Shown piece after piece: positions 47,462-61,320 of a stretch of 64,000 bases of DNA. The stretch's first letter is position 1. Each line of letters starts with the position of its first letter. Both the position numbers and the translations under genes were made by a program. Source of the stretch: Zancudomyces culisetae HAW-14-8 (Eukaryota; Fungi; Kickxellomycota); assembly GCA_052426225.1 (NCBI GenBank), contig JBNJNM010000011.1:2790001-2854000 (forward strand). Reading direction: 5' to 3'. Below the pieces are notes generated by a model that had not been told where the DNA came from, did no database searches, and worked only from the letters and a program-made list of their open reading frames with translations.

Positions 47462-50406
47462 ATAAGAGCCGAAAAAAATCGGTGCAAGTTTATGCGTTCT
47501 TGATAAAAGATGGCAAGCGGCCAGTAGTTTTGTAGCATGCAGCATTTAATATTATCTTCCAAATTGTCATTTTTCTCAGAGTATTTTGCGTGTATATTTT
47601 TAAAATGGTTATAAAAACATGTGAACAAATGGTGTAAGTGTGTCTAGATAACATAAACCTGTTCAAATTCAAAATGAAGTTCTTGGGTAAAGTATACAAA
47701 CATACTCAAAAAAATCTAAATAGTACTTTGAAAACCTGTGAGAGGAGCAACGGTCGAAGCAAATAAGGAAAAACGTTACAAGGCCATTAACAAAGCAGCC
47801 AGGCCACACCCAAATCATTGAAAAGATATCCATGCCATAGATGACGAGAAAAATTTTTTTTTCGTTATGTTTCAACACTACAGCCTTTTCTAGGCAAAAA
47901 CAAAGAAAAAAGTTTGCGGAGCGAATTGAATGGTTTACCGTATATTGATTCCTTTTGGTTTTGAATCAAAATGTATCACCCTTTCTTCCTCCCTATCATG
48001 AGTTTTTGTTATTTTGCATTATTGCCACTTGGTTGCTTAGTAACTTGTATTGTTTTAGTACAACCCTTTCACACTTGCTTAACCACAACAATATTCAGAG
48101 TCTGAATCAATGTTGGAAATAGAAAAGTCAGAATAAATGCTAGAACCCAAAAGAATAAAAATGCAATAATATGATTTAATCCAATTCTGGCCAAACAAAA
48201 GGTTGCAACATGGCAAAAAAAAGAGGCTTAATAATCCAGATAAAAAAGCAAACATTGCAGATTTTTCGTTTTTGCAAGTTTGTTCGATATTTGTCCACAA
48301 ATCAAGCATTTTGGTAGAAATTTTTTTCTAATTTTCACTTAATCACAATACTTTCTAAACCAAAATATGCAATTAAATTGGGATAAAAACAATAGAAACC
48401 AAGAAAAAAAATTTTTTTGTCAGATAAAATTTACTTGACTGGGAGGGGGGTTTTTGGGTTGGAAAAAAAGCAATGGGAAAAGGGGATGAAAGATGGGGGA
48501 GTGGGGAGTGGGAGTGGGTGTTTTTGTAACCTACCAACATGTAACAGTTGTCATAAAAAAGTGCATGTATGTCTTAAATGGCCACTACCAAGAAACTACA
48601 AGAGAAACACATTTCATTTTTATAGGAAAAAGGCTCCAGGGCATTTTTTCACTTGTATTTTTTAATTTTTTTTAGCAATTTATCACAATCAGATTTAGAA
48701 AAAAAAAGTCATCGTCTTTTTTTTTGGTTTTTTTTTAAATGGAAGGTTTTATCCTATTGTTTAGAATGGACGGAATTTTCACCAGATACTTTACCAATAG
48801 CAAATTAACAAAGCGATAAAAAAATTGGAGCTAAATTTGAGAAATTTAAAATAAAAAGGCGATACATGAAAAAAAGATAAATGTAGTCGAGAAAAAAAAA
48901 TTTTTTTACAGCTTTTGCTCTATTTTTCTATGCTGATTTTGCCCTTAAACTTTATTTTTTCGTTTAATCCTTCATCCCAAAGGTCGTATCAAAAAAAATT
49001 TTTTTTTTTTACAGAGAAATTAACCGCAAAATTACTGAAAATTCCAAACCTGGTTGGGTTTTTTTTTCTAAATATGTTACTAAATGACATTTAATAAAGC
49101 ATCAACTGGTGCTAGGCAAATAAAATATTTTCATTTGTAAAAGGAAGGTATATTAGATAAAAAGTAAAAAGTATTCGCTTTCAATAACGTTTCTAGTATT
49201 TTGTATTTTTTGTATTTTAGAATCATAACTTTGCAAGAAAAAAAACGAATATATATACGTAATCCATATTTAAAAGTTTAACTCTTTTTCACTGACGACT
49301 AGGAGTTTTATTTTTATTTTGAATAGTAGTTTTGATTATCAAAACGTAATATGCAAAGTAAAAAAACAAACTGATTGATAACAAGGGATTAGTATCATAG
49401 TTGTAAGATTAGCTTTAGATTTTGCTCTTTACTTTTATTCTTACCAAAAGGAGGAAAACGGAACATAGGGTGTATACTTTGTTAATCCGGAACAGAAAAA
49501 AAAACGTGAACCTATAAAAGATTTGTCTCGCTTTATCTTGATCGAGTGGTCGAATGCACTAAAATTATATTCCTATTTAAACACGCAACACATTCCGAAT
49601 TAGAAAAATAGAGGGTGAAGGTTTAAAGAAACAATAGGCGAGGGACAAGTGGATGTTAAAATTTCAATTCCGATGATCAATGTATGCATGTATTATTAAT
49701 GGTATTAGTATTGTAGAATTGGATTTTTAATAGAATATTGTGATTTTAGAACGTATTTATTAGCTATAGACTGGGAGGCAAAAAGAGAAAAGCAATAGTG
49801 GTAGTGGTAGTTGGTCATAGCTATTGTAATTCTAATCGTATTTTATTTTTATTTTTTGAGATTTTTAAGCATTTTCTACGTGTTAAAAAGTATTATATTA
49901 GTATATACTTTTTTCTTTTTTTAAATCTGCGATTTGGAAGGAAAAGGGTATTGTAAGAACACTACAGGCTACTTCGGGAAGAGAAAACAAATAGAAGGAA
50001 AGGAACGTACTAAGTAGGCGTAAGAAGCAATAGACAGATTTCGGTAGGAAAAGAGGAGCGCAAGCGGTATAAATACTTTATCAGTGGCACTAGTGAGGCA
50101 TATCGAAGTAGAGCTATAGAAAAGCAGAAAAACGATAGAAAAGCAACTGTGTAAGAGGTTTTCTTTTTCTGAGGGAAAGGTATATATACAGGACAACGTG
50201 GAAAAACTCAAGGTTGGACATCCTGTATTAAAAAGAAAAAAACGAACAAACGTGAAAGGAACTGAGCAGAAAAGGAAAATAAAGTTTTCTGAAGAGAGAG
50301 ATAGGTATTGGTTTTGGATGTCCATGTAAGAAATAAGTCAGAGAGGTAAAGATAGAACAGAAAAAGTGTACTTTTATCGGGAACCAATTGGGGAGATAAA
50401 AAACAA

Positions 50407-53400
50407 ATGGAAAGTAGAATGGGAAGCGCAGAGCTAGGAATGGACTCTATGGAGTATGTTAACAATCAAGAGATCAATGAGCAGTACTATTACTACCAGC
50501 CACAGCAGCAAGGGCAGCAAAATCAGCAGCAGCAGCAGCAGTCCAGACAGGTGATGTATCATGGACAGTATTCAGGAATTTACGGAGCAGGAGCAGGAGC
50601 AGGGAATCGGGTGGTTGGAGCAAAGGATAGAATGGATCAGAAGGGGTACGACATGTTTGGAGGATACGGGCGACCAGCATTTTATGGGGGAGCCAAACAC
50701 GTGATGGAACTGGAGGGGATGGGGGCAAGAGCGGTGTCAATGGTTGATATGAGAGACATCAAAACACCAGGAGCGGGAGCGGGAGCTGGAGCGTTAGGAT
50801 CAGAGTGGAGACAAGGAGCAGCGGGAGGAGTAGGAGGAGGAGTTAGTGGACTTGGAGGGAGCGGTAATGGAGGGTTTTTTGAGTCGTTTCAAAGCCAGCC
50901 AGGAACCCCGCAGAGAAAATCACCACTAGGATTTGCAGAAAAGGCAGCGCTGAACAAATCCGTTCCATCGAGCAGGAGAAACTCTCAGGAGTTGTATGGA
51001 GGGCTGTGGGAGGAGATTGGAGCATTTACGTTGGGGGACAGTATCCGAGCAACACCACCATCAGCAGCAACAGCAACCAACAATAATTGTGTAGGAATGG
51101 GGCGTATGGGAAGTGGTGGTAGCACAGCAACGCTGAAGGGAAATGTTGGAGAAAATGTAGCTTCGGCAGGAGGAGCAAATGTGGCAGCAGGAGGGTCAGG
51201 AGTGATTGGAGGGAGAAGAGCAGAGTTTTTCATTACAGGAGGCAATGGGGGTGGAGCGGGAGGAATAGAGGACGGGGAGATAGGTGCACGGCTGCCGGTT
51301 GGGTTGCTAGAAGATGAAGGAATTCATATTGGACTTGGTACCCAGCAATCACAAACCCAGCTGCACAACCAAGGCCAGGTAATGCTTGATGGCAGTGGGA
51401 TGATGTTTGGATCAGGATTGAGTATGATTGGGTTGATGGGACAGCAACAACAGCAACAACATCCAGCTCAACAAACGCAACAACAATCTCAGCCACAACT
51501 GCAGCAACAACAACAACAGTCGCAACAACAACAACACTCACAACAAACGATCCAGCAACAGCAGCAGCAACAAGTTCAGCAGCAGCAGCAAGGAGTGAGG
51601 ATGGTGGGAATGGGGATGAATATGGCAGGCATGAATATGAATATGGGGATGTCAGGAATGAACATGGGGATGGGGATGGGTATTGGAGGAGTTAATACAA
51701 ATATGAACATGGGAGGAATGAATATGGGAATGACAGGGATGAATATGGGAATGAACATGGGAATGGCTGGAGGAGGCTTGGGGTTAGGAGAGTTGAGAGG
51801 TCCACCGGCTTCACAACAACAACAATCACAGCAACTGCAACACCAATACCAGACAGTCCAGCAGCAACAACAGCAACAGCAGCCACCACAGCTGATGATG
51901 GGTTCGTTGTCATCATCCTCGTCTATGCATAGACATTATGGACAGCAGTTTGGTGTAGATGTGATGGGAGCGAGGTTTGTCAATGGCAGCACAGCCAACA
52001 CCAATGTATCTAGTACAAAGATAAACACACCAGTGTCCAGACCAATTAGTTCATTATCAGCCACAGCTTCTAATGCTGCCAACACAGGTAGTGCCAACAT
52101 CAACAGTGAGGGTAGTAATATCGATGGTAGTGAAAATAATATGAATTCTGGTGTGAAGGGAAGTGGAGATGGAAATAAAGCTGATACACCAACACATTCT
52201 AAGAACCAGGGTACTGGAGTCGGGCTGGGGATAGAAATGGAAAAGAATTTGGTGGAGAATCAAGATAAATCTATTAAAGGTTATGGTAGAAATGGTAATG
52301 GCAACGGAAATGGTAATGGGAATGGAAACAACGGGAATGGAAATGGAAATGGTAGGAAAAAAGTGGCCAACAGAGGAGTAAACGTGAACAATAATGTTGC
52401 AATGAAAAACAACCGCAAGGACATAGAAGCCAGTAACAAGTACAGCAACACCAGCATGGAGGAGCTGAAGGGACACATTTTGATGGCGTGCAAGGACCAG
52501 CACGGATGTCGGTATTTCCAAAAGCTAATTGAAGAAGGTCATAAGCAAAACATTGACATGATATTTGAGGAAATCAAGGGTAGTTTCAGCGAACTGATGA
52601 TGGATCCGTTTGGAAACTATTTGTGTCAAAAGCTGCTGGAGAGTATTGACGAGCCACAACGCACTGAATTGGTGGAGAGGGTTAGAGACTCGTTTGTGAC
52701 TATTTCGCTTAACATGCATGGCACCCGGGCGGCCCAGAAACTCATCGAGAGTCTGCGTACTCAGGAGCAGATTGATGTGATTATTGCTAGTCTGCGCGAC
52801 AGCGTGGTTGTGTTGATCCGCGATCTCAACGGTAACCATGTGATCCAGAAATGTCTCAACAAGCTGAGCTCTGCCAACATCCAGTTTATCTATGACAGCG
52901 TAGCCAAGCACTGCATCCAGGTAACAACTCACCGTCACGGCTGTTGTGTGTTCCAGCGGTGTATTGATGTGGCTAGCGAACGACAGCTGAGCCAATTGGT
53001 TGATGTTGTGACCAAGAATGCATTGGTGTTGGTACAAGATCCGTTTGGCAACTACGTGGTGCAATATATTCTGGATCTGAAGCGCGATGTGTTCAATGAC
53101 AAGATGATTCGCCAATTTGTGGCACAGATTGTTGGGTTGTCCAAGCAGAAATTCAGCTCCAATGTTATGGAAAAGTGTATCCGACTAGCCAGCAATTCTC
53201 TGCGTAAACAGTTGATCCATCAAATCCTGTTTTCTGATCCTTCATCACCAAAGGACTCTGCGTCTAACTTGCACGATCTGATTCGTGACAGTTATGGCAA
53301 CTATGTCGTTCAAACCATGATTGAATACATCGACGACCCGGCTCAACGCACCGAGCTGCTCGATGCCATCAAGCCTATCTTGCCTCTTATCCGCCAGTCT

Positions 53401-53454
53401 GCTCATGGCAAACGTATCTACACTAAACTTCAACAGCGTGTTTGGTTATCTTGA
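50407..53454 (+). CDS. Pumilio/PUF RNA-binding protein, Puf4-type, with a long Q/G/M/N-rich N-terminus, 1015 aa
   Basis: Eight PUF repeats: DQHGCRYFQK, DPFGNYLCQK, NMHGTRAAQK, DLNGNHVIQK, HRHGCCVFQR, DPFGNYVVQY, QKFSSNVMEK, DSYGNYVVQT. Confidence 0.95.
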   Translation: MESRMGSAELGMDSMEYVNNQEINEQYYYYQPQQQGQQNQQQQQQSRQVMYHGQYSGIYGAGAGAGNRVVGAKDRMDQKGYDMFGGYGRPAFYGGAKHVMELEGMGARAVSMVDMRDIKTPGAGAGAGALGSEWRQGAAGGVGGGVSGLGGSGNGGFFESFQSQPGTPQRKSPLGFAEKAALNKSVPSSRRNSQELYGGLWEEIGAFTLGDSIRATPPSAATATNNNCVGMGRMGSGGSTATLKGNVGENVASAGGANVAAGGSGVIGGRRAEFFITGGNGGGAGGIEDGEIGARLPVGLLEDEGIHIGLGTQQSQTQLHNQGQVMLDGSGMMFGSGLSMIGLMGQQQQQQHPAQQTQQQSQPQLQQQQQQSQQQQHSQQTIQQQQQQQVQQQQQGVRMVGMGMNMAGMNMNMGMSGMNMGMGMGIGGVNTNMNMGGMNMGMTGMNMGMNMGMAGGGLGLGELRGPPASQQQQSQQLQHQYQTVQQQQQQQQPPQLMMGSLSSSSSMHRHYGQQFGVDVMGARFVNGSTANTNVSSTKINTPVSRPISSLSATASNAANTGSANINSEGSNIDGSENNMNSGVKGSGDGNKADTPTHSKNQGTGVGLGIEMEKNLVENQDKSIKGYGRNGNGNGNGNGNGNNGNGNGNGRKKVANRGVNVNNNVAMKNNRKDIEASNKYSNTSMEELKGHILMACKDQHGCRYFQKLIEEGHKQNIDMIFEEIKGSFSELMMDPFGNYLCQKLLESIDEPQRTELVERVRDSFVTISLNMHGTRAAQKLIESLRTQEQIDVIIASLRDSVVVLIRDLNGNHVIQKCLNKLSSANIQFIYDSVAKHCIQVTTHRHGCCVFQRCIDVASERQLSQLVDVVTKNALVLVQDPFGNYVVQYILDLKRDVFNDKMIRQFVAQIVGLSKQKFSSNVMEKCIRLASNSLRKQLIHQILFSDPSSPKDSASNLHDLIRDSYGNYVVQTMIEYIDDPAQRTELLDAIKPILPLIRQSAHGKRIYTKLQQRVWLS
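51441..51770 (+). repeat. PolyQ (CAA/CAG) tract followed by a Met-Gly-Asn repeat inside the PUF gene
   Basis: QQQQQQHPAQQTQQQ... then MVGMGMNMAGMNMNMGMSGMNMGMGMG... An NG repeat also occurs at about 52290-52353. Confidence 0.9.
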
Positions 53455-53498
53455 TTATTTTTAAACTAATTCTTTATTTAGTAAATAAACTATATAAT

Positions 53499-54704
53499 TT
53501 AAAGGAACTGGCTAATATCTTGTGGCATTTCTGCTATTTCTGTGTTGTAGAATGTTTCCAACTCCTTGATTGTCTTTCTATCCTCGAGGGTTACCATGTT
53601 CAATGCTACTCCCTTTCTTCCATATCGTCCACTTCTTCCGATTCTGTGGATGTAGCTTTCTCGGTTGATTGGCAAGTCATAGTTGATTACCAATGATACC
53701 TGTTGTACGTCAATTCCTCTAGCCAACAAATCTGTACTGATCAATACTCTGCTTGATCCTGACTTGAATTCCCGCATAATTGCATCTCTCTGTGACTGTT
53801 CCATATCTCCGTGGATTGCTGATACGGTGTAGTTGTTTTCGCGTAGTGCCTCTGTTAACATATCTACCTTTCTGCGTGTGTTGACAAATATTACGGCTTG
53901 TGTAATTGTAATAATTCCATACAAATCCACCAATGTTTCGAATTTGAAGCTCTCCTCGCTGACATCAACGTAGAACTGTTTGATACCTTCCAATGTGATT
54001 TCCTCCTTCTTAACCAATATCTGTACTGGATCACGCATAAATTTGCCTGTTACATCCATCACTTCCTTTGGCAATGTTGCACTCAACAACACTACTTGGA
54101 CATCTGATGGCATGTACTGGAACACTTCGTATATCTGATCCTTGAACCCTCTGCTCAACATCTCGTCTGCCTCATCCAAAACAAACATCTTGACGTTCTT
54201 GACTACCAACTTTCCACGCTTGATCATGTCAAACACACGTCCTGGTGTACCAACAACAACATGTACTCCCTCCTCAAGTGCTCGTACATCTTCCTGTACA
54301 TTGGTTCCTCCAATACATGCGTGTACCTTTGGCTCGCAGTACTTTCCGAGTGCCCCAAGTACTCCTGTGATTTGCTGTGCAAGTTCACGGGTTGGTGCGA
54401 GCACAAGTGCTTGTGTAGCTGGTATGCTCTCGTCCAACTTTTGCAGAATACTGATTGAAAACGTAGCTGTTTTACCTGTTCCTGACTGTGCTTGTGCGAT
54501 AACGTCACGTCCGCGCAAAGTTGGCATAATTGCACGTTGCTGGATTGCAGATGGCTTTTCAAAACCATAACCATAAATACCGCGCAACAATAGATCCTTG
54601 AGGTGCATGTCATCGAACTTTTCAATGACCTCCTCTCCCTCTCCTTCTACCTCGATGTTGATATCTCTAGCCTCGAGTATTTCCTTAGGTTCTATGTCTG
54701 CCAT
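53499..54704 (-). CDS. TIF1: Translation initiation factor eIF4A (DEAD-box helicase), 401 aa
   Basis: [78 protein letters not shown]. Confidence 0.96.
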   Translation of the reverse strand: MADIEPKEILEARDINIEVEGEGEEVIEKFDDMHLKDLLLRGIYGYGFEKPSAIQQRAIMPTLRGRDVIAQAQSGTGKTATFSISILQKLDESIPATQALVLAPTRELAQQITGVLGALGKYCEPKVHACIGGTNVQEDVRALEEGVHVVVGTPGRVFDMIKRGKLVVKNVKMFVLDEADEMLSRGFKDQIYEVFQYMPSDVQVVLLSATLPKEVMDVTGKFMRDPVQILVKKEEITLEGIKQFYVDVSEESFKFETLVDLYGIITITQAVIFVNTRRKVDMLTEALRENNYTVSAIHGDMEQSQRDAIMREFKSGSSRVLISTDLLARGIDVQQVSLVINYDLPINRESYIHRIGRSGRYGRKGVALNMVTLEDRKTIKELETFYNTEIAEMPQDISQFL

Positions 54705-57102
54705 CTTTTTTCTTGATTAATAACGATTTTGTTGTTATTTTTCTGACTCTTTTTTTTTCTTTTCCTGGTTATAAGGATATTTTATTTTTTTGCGCTCACT
54801 GGTTTCGCCCTTGAAAAAAAAATTTTTTTTCTCTTTTGTTTTTTATTAGAGCTTGTTCCTTTATTCCATTATTTATTTTTATTTAATACCCTACAATGAT
54901 ATAATAGGCCAAACACCCCCATGTAAAAAAAATTTTTTTATTTTATTTTATTCTTTTAAATTTCTTTTAATTGTATTCCATTACTTTTTATCTTATTATT
55001 TCCAATACAATAAAAACTTTGTAATTATCATTTTGCATATAAAAATTAAGGTTAATGAACAAATTATTTGGAATTCCTAAAATAAAAAAATTTTTTTTTG
55101 CATTTACTACATTGGAAATGTATACAGATTTTCCCAAGAGAAAAGTGGAATTATTTCTATGAAAAAAAATAGGCAAAAAAATTTTTGCCTTGTAAAAAAA
55201 AGAAAAATAAGAATACACACTTGGAACATTTTCTATTTTTTATTTCTTTTCATAATCAAATTTCTGGTATGACTTTCCTTTTGCCCATTATGTTTTTACA
55301 TCATTTTCTAAAGAAAAAAAAAGTCAAATTATTAAACTATTATTTACAAACCCTTTCCCAAATATACTACCCTACCGATTTTACCATCATCGCTACCACA
55401 ATCTTATCCAAAAAAGTTTACTACCCTCGGCATCTCTTTTAAAAACCAATGTTATTTTTCCTTTATTCATAGTCTATTTTTTTTTTACCTGCTATTTTTC
55501 AACAACTTGCATAATGCAGTAACATGCTTGATTAGTTGATTTTATCTTTTAAACATTGCTTTTTAAAAATCTTGTATTTGCGCATCATAATCTTCATACA
55601 ATTTCGAAAAAAATTAACAACCCACTTTTATCCACTATATTCTCGTAGTGCATGTATAATGTAATATGGATTCAGTACCATCACTTTTTCCCTCCGCATA
55701 TATATAATAATGGTGAATGATGTGAAGTTAAAAAAATAAAACACCCAAATCAATAGCGCATTGTTTTCATTTTTAAAAATAATAAAAGGTAGGGTTTGAA
55801 ATGATATGTATACTATGTTTTAATGCAATCAATCCTATCATAATAATAACCTAGATAGTTGGGCGAGGAATGAGGAGGGGGAGGAGGAGGTAAGCGTCAG
55901 TCTAAAAACTGAGTCTTGCTCAATGCACCCCACACCTATTTTCTTTTTGCTCAGGCCTACTAAAGATGTCCATTTCACCAAACCGTTATCATGACACTAT
56001 TCCATCCTCGCATGATCACTATCCTCGTTTCTAACCTCACTCTAAAGGAAAACTAAACTTATTAAAACAAAACTATTTGATTAAAACATTTACGGTCAAG
56101 AGGAAGAGGGCATAGGATTGAGATGAATATCTTGTTGGGTGTCTAAGTGGGCCTTGGTGCAAGCAAAGTGCGGTTTTATTTTTATTTTTTGCCCAATAAA
56201 AAAACAGCATAACTCTACCTGACTATTAAAAGACAGAATCATACTCAACTGACAAATGTTTTCAGTAAAATTTTTTTTGTTCCTGTATCCCTCTCCCTCT
56301 CCCTCTCCCATGTTTCCTCACTTTTTTTCTTTCTCTTCCACACTTTCTTCTCCCCAAATTTATATATAAAATGATAATTTTACTTGCAAACTTTCTCTTT
56401 GATTACGAGAATATCAAAAAAAAAAATTTCCCCTCCCCAACTGTTTGCAAGTTAAAAGTTCAACAAAATAGTTGGGTTTTGCTCCCATTTATTTCTCTCC
56501 CTTATCCCCCTTCCCTTACCTGGCTGCAGAAGTAATGATGGAATAGGTTGGGAAAAGAATAATATATATAGCAGCCATCTAACAAAACCTTATTATTTAT
56601 TACAAAGTCAAAGTAAAGGTATAGTAAACAAAACAAATGTAAAAACACCATCCTACCCATCTTCTTCACACCCAGTCATCATCATCCTTCTCTTTCCTGT
56701 TCAGTCCTGGACACTTTTTATTATTATATATAAATCACATTTTCAAGAAGCTTCAGTTTAATTTGTTTATTATTGAGTTTCAACCTCCAAAACCCAATTT
56801 TCTTTTCTCGACTTTTTTTTTTTTCCATGTTCAATTTAGCTGCATATTCGCCCAAATAAACATAATTTGCTAAAGATTATTTTCTCTTAGCCAGTGTCTT
56901 TTTTCTACTTATCTGAGCAAAACAAAATCCTAATCAGTAATTTGTTTTATAATACCAGTTTTTTTATATCCAATTTATACTTTATATTTGAATTTTTTAT
57001 TTTTTTACTACAAGCTTCCAAAAAGCAAAATAAATATCTAATTTTATTTTTATTTTAGGTATACCAAAATCTTACTCTTGTAAAATTTATAAAGTACTAA
57101 AA

Positions 57103-57847
57103 ATGGCTTTCACCTGGAGAAACGCTGGTCTAAAGTAAGTTTGTTTTATTCAAATTTCTACTTTTGCATTCTGATCGAGTAATTCATCCTCCCCCCTCCC
57201 CTCACTCCTTTTTTTTCTTGAATTGAAAAAATGATCAAGCCAAGAGTTAATTGAAAAGATAGATAACATTGAGATGTGGCGTTTTAATGAAGTTAGATTT
57301 TGCGTATTCTTTGATTTATTTTTGATTTATCTTGAATTGAATCGAGTTGGATCAACATGTCGAAATGAAAAAATTCGCACTTCGCATTTTAGAACTTGTA
57401 AAGGAAAAGATGATCAATGAAAGGAAATAGAAAAAAAAGAGAGAGAAAGAGGGTTCAAGTTCAGTTTAACATATATCCAGATTTCAAATAATACCAATTA
57501 TCTAACATTTAATTTTCCAATTTAGCTACTTGCAATACTGCAACATTGCCGCAAAGGCCCTCAGAAGAGCTCTTAAGGATGAGCCAGCCGCAATTGCTTC
57601 AAAGCGCGACCAAATGTCATTGAAGTTTGCCAACTGGACTTCCGGAAAGCACCCCGAACCAGTAAGTATTTTCTTTTCTCATCTACTTGTTTTCATATAT
57701 TGCGTATATAAAGATAGAGCTAACAAGTGCCGCCACTTAGTTGCGGCTATAAAAAAAAGAAAGTTCCGGACTTGTAATATTGATATGAATACATGAATAA
57801 TTTAGAAACCATTGACATCCTTGAACATCAAACCAAAGGCTCAATAA
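57103..57847 (+). CDS. ATP15: Mitochondrial ATP synthase F1 epsilon subunit, 69 aa
   Basis: Exons 57103-57134, 57526-57661, 57806-57847 give MAFTWRNAGLNYLQYCNIAAKALRRALKDE...KFANWTSGK. Both introns are GTAAGT...TTAG. The ORF track shows only a fragment. Confidence 0.93.
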
Positions 57848-58365
57848 ACGAATTGATCTTGTATCTTGGTCGTTGTTTTTCCTTTCTTTTTATAAAAGTG
57901 GCAGCTCTATAGCTTGGCTGCCATCTATTCACTCCTTTTTTTTTCTACTGTTATTTTTTAAAATGACATTTCAAGTATCTTTTTTCTTACAACACCATCC
58001 AGATATACTAAAATAAACATCACAAGAGTATATTATACATTTAATCGTATATATGACCTCCAAGTTATGTAGCTCACATTCGAGTTTAGACTTAATGCCA
58101 ACATGCTGGTACCCTCCAGGTTTGTAACCAATGCTTACTATTTGGAGTGACAGTATGGAATACTTGTGATACCTTATAAAAAACAAAAACGAACTAGACT
58201 TGATTAACTACATACGCCGTACACGCAGCACCACGCAGCATTCGCGTTATGCTAATAATAACAGTTAGTATGTAATTTTATATAATGGTTCTGCGTCAAA
58301 ATTTCGTTTTGATTTTTTTTCTTTCACGTCCTAAGCTCAAATTTGCTCACCTAAAAAGATTTTTT

Positions 58366-58387
58366 ATTAAAAAAAATTTTTTTTAAT
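58366..58387. promoter_or_regulatory. Perfect 22-bp A8T8 palindrome (RRPE-like) upstream of PRP43
   Basis: attaaaaaaaattttttttaat, about 165 bp upstream of the ATG. Confidence 0.55.
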
Positions 58388-58536
58388 CGATTTTGCAGTT
58401 TACGAATTGCTGCATTTTACGCAGTAATAAATAACAAGAAATATATTATTTAAACTTGTATATAAAGTGGTAAAGGTGTTTTCAGAATTGAATAGTAAAA
58501 AAAAATAGATCGGGTTGTAAGAAATTAATAAAATAA

Positions 58537-60876
<2,340 letters not shown>

Positions 60877-61320
60877 CTTGGTTGTTAAGAATCTGCTTGT
60901 CTATATTGGACCAGCTGCTCAACCAGCCACATGCCCCTTCCCCCCCTATCCTCCAAGGATTTTTCTTCTTCATTTGTATATATTGCCACGGAATCTCCTA
61001 TGTTTATTGAAACGGTGGAAAAAATAACAACTACCTATTGTGACTTCACTTATACCTCTTTTATTTTCTTGGTATTAGCTGCTCATTGATATATTCATAT
61101 TAATACTAAATTTTTTCAAGTCATACGCTATTCTGTTTGACATTTATTAGTACTATTGATTTTTCTTTTTTAAAAAAAAATTAATATCTAGAAACACACT
61201 TCCCCTCTCCCCCTTCTAAAAAAAATATAATATAAGACAATATAATATAAACAATAACCCCCAGTTTAAGTGTGGTGAGTATACACTGTTAATATAAAAA
61301 ATATGAACCACCGATTTATA

